This document shows, piece by piece, positions 29,001-38,344 of a stretch of 64,000 nucleotides of DNA. The notes under the pieces were generated by a model. It saw only the letters and a program-made list of their open reading frames with translations, was not told where the DNA came from and made no database searches. Origin of the DNA: Eledone cirrhosa (Eukaryota); the NCBI GenBank assembly GCA_964016885.1, contig OZ024743.1:75330001-75394000 (forward strand), written 5' to 3'. Every line of letters starts with the position of its first letter. Positions within the stretch are counted from its first letter, which is position 1. A program made the translations under genes and the position numbers.

Positions 29001-30542
29001 CTATGGAGGTTTAGCTGGACTCCTCCAAGGTATATATCTCGTTGGAGGTGTCTTGGGTGATTTAATGATAGGGACCCCAGTCCTATCATCTCATTTCTAC
29101 AGCTGAGTAAATTGGAGCATCTTGAAGATATATATATATATATATCATCATCATCGTTATGACAGCCGTTTTTCCATGCTTGCATGAGTTGGACGAGTTA
29201 CCAAATCTGGTAACCATGTCTTGCTCATACAGAACTGATTCTTGCTTGGTTTCTACAGCTGGATACCCTTCCTAACACCAACCACATTTACAATATGTAC
29301 TGGGGTCTTTTTGTCGTGAAACCTACATGACCATTTTACAGTATTGACTGGGCACGTTTTGCCGAGATGCCTACATGACCACATTTCTCATGAAATACAT
29401 TCTATTTTAATTAATTTATGAAGAATTTTTAGGGATTTTCTAAAATTCTTAATTATTTTGCTACTAAGATAGTAACTTAATGTAAGGTTCTTATATAAAA
29501 TTATGTTGGACGATTTTAATTTTAATTTGGGTGGCTTTATTTCATTGAATCCAGACCTGGTTTTGGCCAGGCTGGTAAATAAAGAGTTTAAATGATGATA
29601 TATATGTTGACTGTTGACCATTTCATTGTTACTGTTATAGTTTAGTATTCATGAAAAGTTGGCTGCAGTAAACTAAAGTTTATCAATTTATCCTAATTTC
29701 TATTACAGGTCGATGTTGTAAATCTTTACTTCCTTGTAAGGAGATACCTTATCGCAGATGTTCCCTCTGTAGTAGTGTCGCCATGCCTGTAGCTGTAACT
29801 ACTGGTAACTATATATCTATCCTTCTAACTACTGTTAACTATATACCTATCTTTTAACTACCTCTAACTATATACCTATCTTCTAACTACTGCCAACTAT
29901 ATACCTATCCTTTTAACTACCTCTAACTATATACTTAAACTTTTAACTGCCTTTCATCATTTCAGTCTTTCTGTTTATTTCTGTTTCAGAATCTTGCTTT
30001 ATGCTCTTGGATTTCAAATTTCATATTTTTTTCTTGTTAAATATACCATACACTGTGGTTGGTGTTAGGAAGGGCATCCAGCTGTAAACAAACAGCCAAA
30101 ATCCATGTTGTGCAAATCTGATTAAGGGACACCCATTGCTTCCTGGGAAGTTCAAAGCCAGCTGGTTTAGATGTGGTGTCCTGGACGAGGTCTTGGTTGG
30201 CAAATTTGGACTCATTCCATGATCTTTGCCATTCTTCCTTCAGATCAAAATTATTGTCTTGAATTGTCTTCATTGATTCAAGTGCATGTTGGGAAGGTTT
30301 TCCAGGAATGTCGGGCTTGGACCTGGTAAGAAGTGCTGCCTCACTAGGAGATGGCTACTTTCATGTGGTCCACTCTGTACGGAATCCATTTCAACTAATG
30401 CCATTGTTCGATATATGCACAACTCACACAATCAACTTGATTTGTTGACAATGACAAAGTAAATTTATTACACTACCAGCAACATCCTTTAACCTCTATC
30501 ATTTGACTTTCTAAAAATGAGGGGAATAAAGAATTAAATTAG

Positions 30543-30584
<42 letters not shown>

Positions 30585-31131
30585 ATGTATGTAAAAGGTA
30601 AACAGAAATAACAACACAATCGGTACAGTATATAGAAGGGATATATTAGGTTAACGCTTGATATAGCAGGAAGAGGATCTTAACGTTTCGGACGCTAGTC
30701 ATTCATCAGAAGAAAGAATGAGTAATAAGATTGATTAAGGGGACGGGTGGGTTTTAATTGGGAAAAATCTCTTTAGATATTGAAGGTACTAGGGTGGGGG
30801 GAAATAGATGGGTGAGAAGAAGATTGTAGTAGAGGAAAATATAAACATCAGTTATAAAATAATTGCAGAATTTATTAGAGAACTGGATTAGCTTTGCTTT
30901 CCATCTTCATGTGGTTGATAAAGTACCAGCAATGCACTGGGGTTGAATCAATCAACTTTCCTTCTCCAAAAAGTTGTTGGCCTTGTGCCTAAACCAGAAA
31001 CCATCATTTCTCTCTGTTAAAATTGTCTTATTTTTCTCCTCGTTTCAGATGCAACAGGTCTGTGTACAACTGAGCCTTACAATTGTACTTTTTGTGAAGA
31101 TTCTCTTTGTGGATCAAGATATTTAGTGTAA
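2039..31131 (+). CDS. GTF3C4: General transcription factor IIIC subunit 4 (TFIIIC90)-like, 5'-partial, 14 exons: 2039-2207, 3419-3498, 5412-5566, 7753-7873, 9254-9337, 12717-12877, 15488-15551, 16313-16460, 17116-17182, 17512-17674, 25934-26089, 28885-28938, 29709-29804, 31049-31131
   Basis: All exons join in phase into one ORF. WD40-like blades (MAWS...KNGDVVFW, SMSW, AVGYSDGMIKV, GVALSPNASLLAVV) are followed by the C-terminal zinc finger CPIC-x13-CSGNHTFGRCCKSLLPC..YRRCSLC..CTFC, matching my recollection of vertebrate GTF3C4. Stop TAA at 31129-31131. Confidence 0.88.
2261..2452 (+). mobile_element. tRNA-derived SINE with Deu/Nin-type core (representative copy; ~18 copies in window, e.g. 9465-9650 -, 14635-14820 +, 16485-16675 -, 26780-26970 -, 28195-28340 +, 37052-37240 -, 39248-39440 -, 39535-39690 +, 42418-42570 +, 47525-47702 -, 53325-53520 +, 55605-55742 -, 60060-60250 +, 60262-60465 +)
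   Basis: A box TGGCAGTATCGG, B box GTTCAAATCC, core GCCTTTCATCCTTACGGGGTCGATAAA..GTACCAG; target-site duplication ATTATTTAATACAGCATT on both sides. Confidence 0.85.
2466..2930 (+). mobile_element. 3' fragment of RTE-clade LINE family A with (GAA)n tail (other fragments ~3145-3330 -, 5767-5990 -, 27590-28020 +, 52500-52640 +, 56940-57410 +)
   Basis: Encodes ..SVFVPTLTY.HESWVMTERIRS..; similar to the 3' part of 11600-12605. Confidence 0.8.
3419..3498 (+). CDS. GTF3C4: GTF3C4-like exon (SGDCVYLTTASIHDSIPTSMSWCPSQQ)
   Basis: Polypyrimidine tract + cag acceptor, gtaatc donor, phase 2->1 fits neighbours. Confidence 0.85.
5005..5075. repeat. (TA)n microsatellite (others at ~30545, ~58737, ~61882; (CA)n at ~33458)
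   Basis: Read directly. Confidence 0.95.
5075..5270 (-). mobile_element. ~200-bp Penelope-like terminal-repeat remnant with a minimal hammerhead-like motif (second copy ~30580-30780)
   Basis: Two near-identical dispersed copies next to (TA)n; minus strand reads CTGATGA-a-stem-GAAACGTT. Confidence 0.55.
5412..5566 (+). CDS. GTF3C4: GTF3C4-like exon (DMILAVGYSDGMIKVIRF...NALSWQCLDIHQ)
   Basis: tttcag acceptor, gttaga donor, WD40-like sequence. Confidence 0.87.
6405..7085 (-). repeat. RTE-tail-derived SINE-like element with an expanded internal 48-bp array (~11 units, 6540-7080)
   Basis: Unit TTTACAGTGTGGACTGGGTGCTTTTTGTCATGACACCTACATGACCAC (16-aa periodic ORFs). A shorter array is at 15920-16230, and 1-2 units occur in other copies (3570-3820, 4335-4590, 13360-13620, 36560-36830). 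Confidence 0.85.
7753..7873 (+). CDS. GTF3C4: GTF3C4-like exon (DQWLLFASKDLFIMAFVL...GQYNLSCT)
   Basis: ttttcag acceptor, gtaaaa donor, phase 0->1. Confidence 0.85.
9254..9337 (+). CDS. GTF3C4: GTF3C4-like exon (GMSSRGGTLALSASDEKVQLIKAAMKDD)
   Basis: tttcag acceptor, gtaaat donor, phase 1->1. Confidence 0.82.
9722..11597 (-). mobile_element. 5'-truncated, frameshifted CR1/L2-group LINE (reverse transcriptase region, (TTA)n tail)
   Basis: ORF pieces [86 protein letters not shown]. Confidence 0.92.
11600..12605 (+). mobile_element. 5'-truncated RTE-clade LINE (family A), degraded RT to 3' end
   Basis: GLCHGCILSPLLF, FADNMVL, LRYYGHIFRMSQERI, GGPRARWL. Confidence 0.88.
12717..12877 (+). CDS. 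GTF3C4: GTF3C4-like exon (ELKLDSN...GVALSPNASLLAVV...KEPLM)
   Basis: ttttcag acceptor, gtgagc donor; overlaps ORF 12719..13084. Confidence 0.87.
13860..14215 (-). mobile_element. Degraded LINE apurinic-endonuclease fragment
   Basis: ORF 13903..14274 ..NRIIKFILVLD..DHFYEDL..LLIMADDF resembles the APE motifs of RTE elements. Confidence 0.5.
14928..15149. mobile_element. piggyBac-type MITE
   Basis: TTAA|CCCTTTAGCATT ... AATGCTAAAGGG|TTGA. Confidence 0.75.
15488..15551 (+). CDS. GTF3C4: GTF3C4-like exon (LCISRLSLWPEYPDILQLSEH)
   Basis: ctaat branch + polypyrimidine + tag acceptor, gtaagt donor; supplies the required phase 0->1. Confidence 0.8.
16313..16460 (+). CDS. GTF3C4: GTF3C4-like exon (RGIRDIHDVLLLYLWG...LTQLRMIR)
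   Basis: tttcag acceptor, gtaagc donor. Confidence 0.83.
16685..17000 (-). mobile_element. CR1-type LINE 3' end fragment
   Basis: Matches the 3' end at 9740-10020. Confidence 0.8.
17116..17182 (+). CDS. GTF3C4: GTF3C4-like exon (CLLSLDKNTRKLIIMGEHSFDL)
   Basis: tttttag acceptor, gtaagt donor, phase 2->0. Confidence 0.8.
17512..17674 (+). CDS. GTF3C4: GTF3C4-like exon (HGQSSQPS...PRITELDNL)
   Basis: tttgtag acceptor, gtaagt donor, phase 0->1. Confidence 0.8.
17675..24680. repeat. 7-kb intronic minisatellite, 24-bp unit CCTATAATCTTTCCTAACACCTCA (~290 units)
   Basis: Strict 24-bp phase throughout, with substitution variants CTCAC/CTCGT/CTTGT and AACAC/AACTC. Confidence 0.99.
25934..26089 (+). 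CDS. GTF3C4: GTF3C4-like exon (ELRIISSICQWL...EEDCPICGE), ending at a U12 donor
   Basis: ttttacag acceptor; followed by ATATCCTTTT. Confidence 0.83.
26995..27225 (+). mobile_element. Short RTE-like LINE 3' fragment
   Basis: Translates KKARGKPCTR*LDVIRVDLQKLDITLEDVEGLARELQ*WRALVD. Confidence 0.55.
28619..28823. mobile_element. piggyBac-type MITE, complete (partial copies ~26250-26418, 32050-32240, 49290-49545, 51213-51326)
   Basis: TTAA target duplication on both sides and 12-bp TIRs CCCTTTAGCATT / AATGCTAAAGGG. Confidence 0.85.
28885..28938 (+). CDS. GTF3C4: GTF3C4-like exon (LLEDVDVMSVACSGNHTF)
   Basis: Follows the U12 AC acceptor; gtaagt donor. Confidence 0.85.
29709..29804 (+). CDS. GTF3C4: GTF3C4-like exon (GRCCKSLLPCKEIPYRRCSLCSSVAMPVAVTT)
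   Basis: ttacag acceptor, gtaact donor, zinc-finger cysteines. Confidence 0.88.
29795..29950. repeat. ~29-30-bp tandem repeat (~5 units) starting across the exon 29804/29805 donor
   Basis: TAACTACTG-GT/TT/CC-AACTATATACCTATC units read directly. Confidence 0.85.
30110..30330 (-). mobile_element. Non-LTR retrotransposon C-terminal fragment (RTE-X-like)
   Basis: EEWQRSW..KPAGFELPRKQWVSLNQ motif. Confidence 0.5.
31049..31131 (+). CDS. GTF3C4: GTF3C4-like terminal coding exon (DATGLCTTEPYNCTFCEDSLCGSRYLV*)
   Basis: tttcag acceptor; the CxxC completes the finger; TAA stop. Confidence 0.82.
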
Positions 31132-31233
31132 TCTACTCACTCCTCCATCTATGATAAATCCATTTACCATTTAGTAATCTCAACAAAAAACATCAGTCAC
31201 TGTAATTCAGTACTTTAATATTTTATGGCTGAA

Positions 31234-31239
31234 AATAAA
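31234..31239 (+). terminator. Probable polyadenylation signal of the GTF3C4-like gene
   Basis: AATAAA ~100 nt after the stop, followed by T-rich sequence. Confidence 0.5.
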
Positions 31240-33448
31240 GTCATTTTCTACAATTTGCCATATTTAATTTTCACTTTTCTATTTATTGTATTGCGTTCAT
31301 TGTTGTTTCTGTTAATCAAAACCCACCAAATAAGGAGCTTGTACTTAAATTTGGGGACCAATTGACACTTGGTTTACTCACAGAACCTAAATAATGGGGG
31401 TGGGGTGGAATAAGCCGGAGGAGCGTGGTGGAAAATCGGTAATTTTTCTAGGTTGTCTCCCCTGATTTTTTTTAAATCCAGAATTAATCGTTTAGTTTAC
31501 ATATTGAGACCCCAACCCATCCTATTTATTTTATAACATATGGGATTTCTTGTAATTTTTTTTTTCTTTTCGTGTGTATAATGTTTTTTAATGTATAAAG
31601 AAAATTAATTGTTGCAGGAATGTTACCACTTAAAATAAAGTTTTGCTGTAGGTAGATAAGCAAAATTTTAGAGCATGGTAATAAGCGTAAATGAGGAGCG
31701 ATTATTTGAGACCCAAGACTATGTACACTCTCTTAGAGTATGTTGGTGTGAGTGTCTGCCTTCTAAAGAGGGGTAATTCTTAAATACCAAGAAGATAGAT
31801 GTCAGTACTAGAAGGATCAATTAATACAGTAAACTGACCTTGTAAATAGACTTCAAATGTTATAGTTTCAAACAAAGGTGAAATGTTCCTATGTTCATTA
31901 TAGTCAGCCAATTGTAAAGATGAAGACAGAGAAAGTAGCATATTATAAAGATAGCTAATGAGATGTTGATAACAAAGTTGGATTTATGAAACACTGGTTA
32001 TTTGACTGGCAACAATATTTCTGTCAATTTTGCTGAATTGTTCTATCATTAGCCCTTCAGCATTTACATTACTCCATATTTACTATTGTATTTTCGCAGC
32101 TTTATCTCGCATATCAAATCTATGAGATTTTGATATTTATTTTGAGAACAATAGCTTAACATCAGTATGAGTGGCCAGTTATGGTCGGTTTGAACAGAAG
32201 GAGGTGAGAGAATCTTGGCCGGATATGGTTAAAGGGTTAACTTCTCAATAGAGAAAGCTCTCTCTCTCTCTCTCTCAGTTACACTACTGCTACTAAAGTT
32301 AATATATTTTCTTCTCATATTACCTTCAATTTCATGCTTTTCATATACATCAAATCTATAATACAACATCCCAAGTACCCTAACTGAGCAACTGGATCCA
32401 GATCCCCAAGTGAAACCACCCAAGCTCATGGATGTTGTCCAACCATCTTGCTTGTGGTCTTACACTAGGTCTCCTCCAGTTGGATCTACTTCTAAAATCT
32501 GCCACACTTATCCATATTTAATAATGTCAAATGTAACATATCCCTTTTTTAACATGAACAAAACAATATCTCCGACATTTCAGCTGTCATACGTGACAAA
32601 ATACTACCACCTTTATTACAATCTTCATTAAACTAAATTATTTTCTCTCCAAAATGTATCTACCCTAAAATACAAGAGTGTACATATATAGATATATATG
32701 CAAGCAGGGAAAAGCGGACGTAAAATGATGATGATAAATGAAGTATTTCCGTAGGAAAGGTAAAGGAAAAGAGAGTGCTCTATGTAGGCTACAGAGCTTT
32801 TTAGTTATATAATAAACAACATAAGATAATTAATTCATTTACCAATGGTTTCTTGAAGACAGACGAGCTTGACACTTATGTCTGCCTTCATTCCTCAGAA
32901 CGAATTTATTAAAATGGAATAGGGATATGGATTTGAAAACAGAGTTTAGGATAAATGAAAGTGAGGCTGAAATAAAATAACGGGCATAAATTGAGGGGAA
33001 AAAAGATATATAAATATCCAAATACATAAACTCACGCATATACGTAATAGTACGGAAACTTATACATTCATGGATAAGTATATGTACGTCTACATGGAAA
33101 TACAAATACACACATATACATGCGTTCTTTCGCATACATATGCACACACAGGGGCACACAATCACATACACGTACTCAATAAACGCATAAATATACATAT
33201 ACACATCTCTCCATACATACACATAAATATATATATATATATCTACATATACACACATATATACATATGTATATATATATATATATATCTACATATACAC
33301 ACACATATAATAATGAAATTATTGTGTAAAGTGCTCAGGTGCACTACAATTCGTCAAAGGTGCATGTATAGTACATAGAATAATACACAAATGTCAGGGA
33401 AGTGAATAGTGTGAGTCATGATATACATATATATATGATATACATATA

Positions 33449-33524
<76 letters not shown>

Positions 33525-34111
33525 CATCATCATCATTTCATTTTACGTCCACTTTTCCCTGCTTGCAAGAGTGGGACGGAAACTGATTCTGGCTTGATTT
33601 CTACAGCTGGATGCCCTTCCTAACACCAACCTCATTTACAGTGAGTGCTGGGTGCTTTTTTGCCGTGGCACCTCCACGACCACTTTACAGTGGAATGATA
33701 GGGACCCAAGTCCCTATCATCTCATTTCTACAGCTGAGTAAACATATGTATATATATATATATATATATCCGCACAAACATGTATATACATACAGACACA
33801 CACATCTGCATATACACGCACATATACATATGCTCACAAACGCACGCTTACACATAAGTGTGCACACAGACGTAATCGTAAAGATATATATATATATATA
33901 TATATACACAGACTTACAAACATGCATACAGATATGTATGTGTGTATATGCAGATGTGTGTATGTCTGTTTGTATGTGTTTGTGTGGATATATATATATG
34001 TATCATCATCATCATCTTCGTTTAACGTCCATCTTCCACGTTAGCATGGGTTATATAGCGTGGAAGATGATGATGTGTGTGTATATGTAGATATATATAT
34101 ATATATCTATT

Positions 34112-35915
34112 AACAACTACAAGGGTAAAGGAGATGCACTAGATAGAGGAAACTATAGAGGCATTAAATTAATTGACCAGGTCATGAAGGTCACAGAAAA
34201 AGTTATAGCGCAACTAATCAGAGAGCAAATTGATCCAGGCGAAATGCAGTTTGGGTTTGTGTCAGGTAAAAGTACCACAGACGCCCTTTTCCTTGTACGA
34301 CAACTACAGAAGTACCTAGCTAAAAGTAAACCCCTATACTTAGCTTTTGTTGACTTGGAGAAAGCATTTGACAGAGTCCCCCATGCCATTATCTGGTGGG
34401 CCCTTAGAAAACTAGGGGTTGATGAATGGCTTGTGGGAGCTATACAAGCCATGTATAAAGAAACAGTCAGCAAGCTTAGAATTAACAACGAATATAGGGA
34501 AGAATTTAGTGTAAAAGTTGGTGTTCATCAGGACTCTTTCCTCAGCACCCTCCTATTATTGCTCTTCAGGCTATAACAGAGGAGTTCAAGACCAGCTGCC
34601 CATGGGAACTTCTCTATGCAGATGATCTAACGCTCATAGCTGAATCGATGGCTGAACTAATGTCCAAAAATGGAAGCATGGCCTAGAATCAAAAGGCCTT
34701 AAAATTAACCTGTCTAAGACTAAAGTTCTAATTTGAAGGAAGGAAAATAGGGCACCAGTCCCATCCGGGAAATGGCCATGCTTTGTGTGTCAGAAAGGAG
34801 TAGGCAGAAACTCCATTTTATGTCCCAAATGCAAAGTATGGGTGCATAAAAGATGTAGTGGGATCACAGGTAAGCTAACTAAGAACAGATTTTATATGTG
34901 GCCGGTGCTCAGGTGCAATAAGTAATAGCAAGTGCCCACAGGATACTAGCTCCTTCCATTGCCCAGATGGTTCTATAGAAATAGTGGATACCTTCTGTTA
35001 CCTGGGTGACAAAATCAGCAGTGGTGGAGGGTGCTCAGAAAGTACAGTAGTCAGAATAGGATGGAAAAAGTTCAGAGAGCTTATACCACTATTGGCCGCT
35101 AAAAGTTTCTCTCTAAAAATGAAAAGCAGACTGTATGATACCTGCACGTGAACAGCTATGTTACATGGCAGTGAGACCTGGGCATTGTGTGCAGAGTGGA
35201 GAGGAACGAAGCATACATGCTCCGCTGGATGTGTAATAGAAATATACGTACACCGCAAAGCATAAATGAACTAAGTGAGAAATTAGGTATTAGAGGGATC
35301 ATATACTGTTTACTCGAGAGAAGACTACATTGGTATGGTCACGTGATGCGCATCAAAGACGACAGCTGTATAAAAAAGTGTAGGGTGATCCAAATTGACG
35401 GAAGTTACGGAGCAGGCAGACCCAGAAAAACCTGGGACGATTTGATAAATTCCGACCTCACACACTTACACCTCTCTAAGACAACGTCACTGGATCGAGA
35501 TCTTTGGCGCTACACAGTAATACAGAAAACCCGCCTTGCCTAAGTACAACGCAAAACCTAGTCAGTAGGCACCTCTTAATCAAATATACACACACCCCTC
35601 CCACTACCCCCAACTCCCCACCCCTTTCTCTGTAAAGTTATGTTGGTACCACAACATCCAGTCCTAAATAAATGAGGTCATGTAGGTCTCACGACAAAAA
35701 AACACAGTCCACGCTGTAATGTGGCCGTGTAGGTAACACTGTAAAAACCTCCCAGTCCACACTGTAAACGTGGTTGGTGTTAGGAAGGGCATCCAGCCGT
35801 AGAAAACCTGCCAGACAGTCCCATACAAGCGAGACGACCAATCTTGCCTCAAGTGGGACAATTCCCGTCTAAACCCATGCTAGCATGGAAGATAGATGTT
35901 AAACGATGATGATGA
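34112..35915 (+). mobile_element. 5'-truncated RTE-clade LINE (family B) with Cys/His finger after RT, long 3'UTR and (GAT)n tail
   Basis: KGKGDALDRGNYRGIKL, MQFGF, FVDLEKAFDRVP, ELLYADDL, LHWYGHVMR, GRPRKTW; several frameshifts. Confidence 0.92.
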
Positions 35916-37807
35916 TAATATATGCATACGTATATATATGTGTGTGTATAAGTAGATATATATATATATATTTATATGTGTATGTATATTTATGCGTTTA
36001 TTGAGTACGTGTATGTGATTGTGTGTATTTGTATTTCCATGTAGACGTACATGGTTTCCGTACTATTACGTATATGCGTGAGTTTGTGTATGTTTATGTA
36101 TTTGGATATTTATATATCTTTTTTCCCCTCAATTTATGCCCGTTATTTTATTTCAGCCTCACTTTCATTTCTCCTAAACTCTGTTTTCAAATCCATATCC
36201 CTATTCCATTTTAATAAATTCATTTTAATAAAGGCAGACATAAGTATCAAGCTCATCTGTCTTCAAGAAACCATTGGTAAATGAATTAATTATCTTATGT
36301 TGTTTATTACATAACTAAATATATATATATATATATATATAGTAATAATCATTACCAAAATCTGAAGAGTGCTCAATAAGGATTGTATATATATATATAT
36401 AATAAAAAAAGTATATATAAACCTGTAGAGTAAATATTTATTATTAGTACAGATTAAAGTTTAAGCAAAGAATTTCACCCTATTACGGGATCTTCTGAAA
36501 GCAGAAATTCCTTGCTTAAACTTTAATCTGTACTAATAATAAATATATATATATATATCATCCTCATCACCGTTTAACATCCATTTTTCCACACTAGCAT
36601 CGGTTAGACAAGTTGTCCTTTTGTGAGACTAGCCAGGTCAGGTAATCATGTTTTGCTGATACAGAACTAATTTTTGCTTGATATCTACAGTCGGATGCCC
36701 TTCGTAACACCAACCACTTTACAATGTGTGCTAGGTGCTTTTTGTCGTGACACCTACATGACCACTTTACAATGTAGGCTGGGCCCTTTTTGTCATGTCG
36801 CCATCACAACCACAGTGTGGGCTGGAGGCTACACTAGATGTATGCTATAGTCTGTCCTCATGAGAGATATATTGTATGCATCACCCCCATCCATATGTAT
36901 GCTATAGCTTCAGCCTGTGCTCATGGGAAGGCGGGTCTTCTGTATTACTACATAATGCCAGAAATCCCGGTCCTGTGTCATTGTCTTTGAGACATGCTTT
37001 TATCATATATATATATATTTCTATATAACTGTGAACAACCTTTTAAGAGATATTTGTTTCTACTTTAGGCACAAGGCCAGCAATTACCCAGTGCATTACT
37101 GGTACTTTATTTTATTGACCCCGTAAGGATGAAAGGCAAAGTCAACCTCGGCGGGATTTGAACTCAGATAGTAAAGGGACGTAACTATGCTGGAAAACAT
37201 GGCATCCGACCCTCTACCGATACTGCCAATCCACCGCCCTTTTAAGAGATATTGTAACCTAATTACTTAGGATTTACAACTTCCTCACAGAATGTTATAA
37301 TTTGTCTAACACTCACTTCCTCCCTTACTTTCGAAGTATCAATCATCCCCCACAACACTTCCTATCCCATATTCTCTTTTCTAATATTTGTGTCACCTAT
37401 TTATAACATAACTCTTAACATCTTTTAATGATTTGGCAGAAAATATTTAAAATCGAATTTGTTAATTCAAATTATAGTATCTTTACTAGTGGACAAATCA
37501 ATATAAACATTCTCAGTATTAAAGTAATGACTTCAATGTTTAATGTGATGCAATAATTTTATACTTTTCAAGAATGTTTTGCTGGTGCTGTTCCATTTGG
37601 TACCAGACATTAAGAGTTACTCCAAACTAAACATCTATCAATAATAACCTCTTACACATTCAGGACTACGGTTTTGACATTTCAGTATTAATTAACATTA
37701 AATCTGTCCAACCCTTGCTAGGAGGGAAAATGGATGTTAAATCATGAAACTCAAACATTGCTCATCTGAAAACAACAAAAAGTAATTTTTTTTTTCTTTA
37801 GTAAAAT

Positions 37808-38195
37808 TCTTCTTCTTCTTCTTCTTCTTCTCCCACTCATTCCTGAGGGGGTCATGGGGATCCAAATCTACAGTATCAGAACCATGTAATTTTGTTGAGG
37901 AAACCCCGACTATATCTCGCCTCCTCCATTAGTTCCTGCTCCTTACCTGTAAGGGTTGTGATGTTCCAGGTTCCAACTGTTAAGGTTTGCTCCCTTCTGA
38001 ACCCTCTTTGGGGTCTTGTGATACGCAATCTTTGTGCGTCCATCCCACACCTCCCAGGACGTCCCATGCCTATTGCTAGTTTTTGCAGCATGAGATGGAG
38101 ACTGCAATATATTTCTCAAACAGGCCCCTCTACCTAAAGCCTGAACATGTCCCTTGTTATCCTGCGCGGTATGGTTCGTTTTTGGTTTCCTCATC
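37808..38195 (-). mobile_element. Internally deleted RTE family A element (5' end and start of endonuclease fused to 3' tail)
   Basis: LTVGTWNITTLTGKEQELMEEA is followed within ~60 bp by the family-A terminus CCCCATGACCCCCTCAGGAATGAGTGGG(AGA)n. Confidence 0.7.
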
Positions 38196-38344
38196 ATATT
38201 GCAGTTTCAATGATAGCAGAATTCTAATTTTAAAATATCTAGAATGAAATTCTTATTTCACAAAATATAGATGATATGTGGTTTGATTTCAAATGTTTAT
38301 ATATGAATGCTTTATAAAATTAGAAATAATATACAAAATAAAAA

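Noticed and set aside
29990-30040. Alternative terminal exon after tttcag at ~29989
   Set aside because: It is in frame but lacks the final CxxC of the finger, which the 31049 exon supplies; nothing else supports it.
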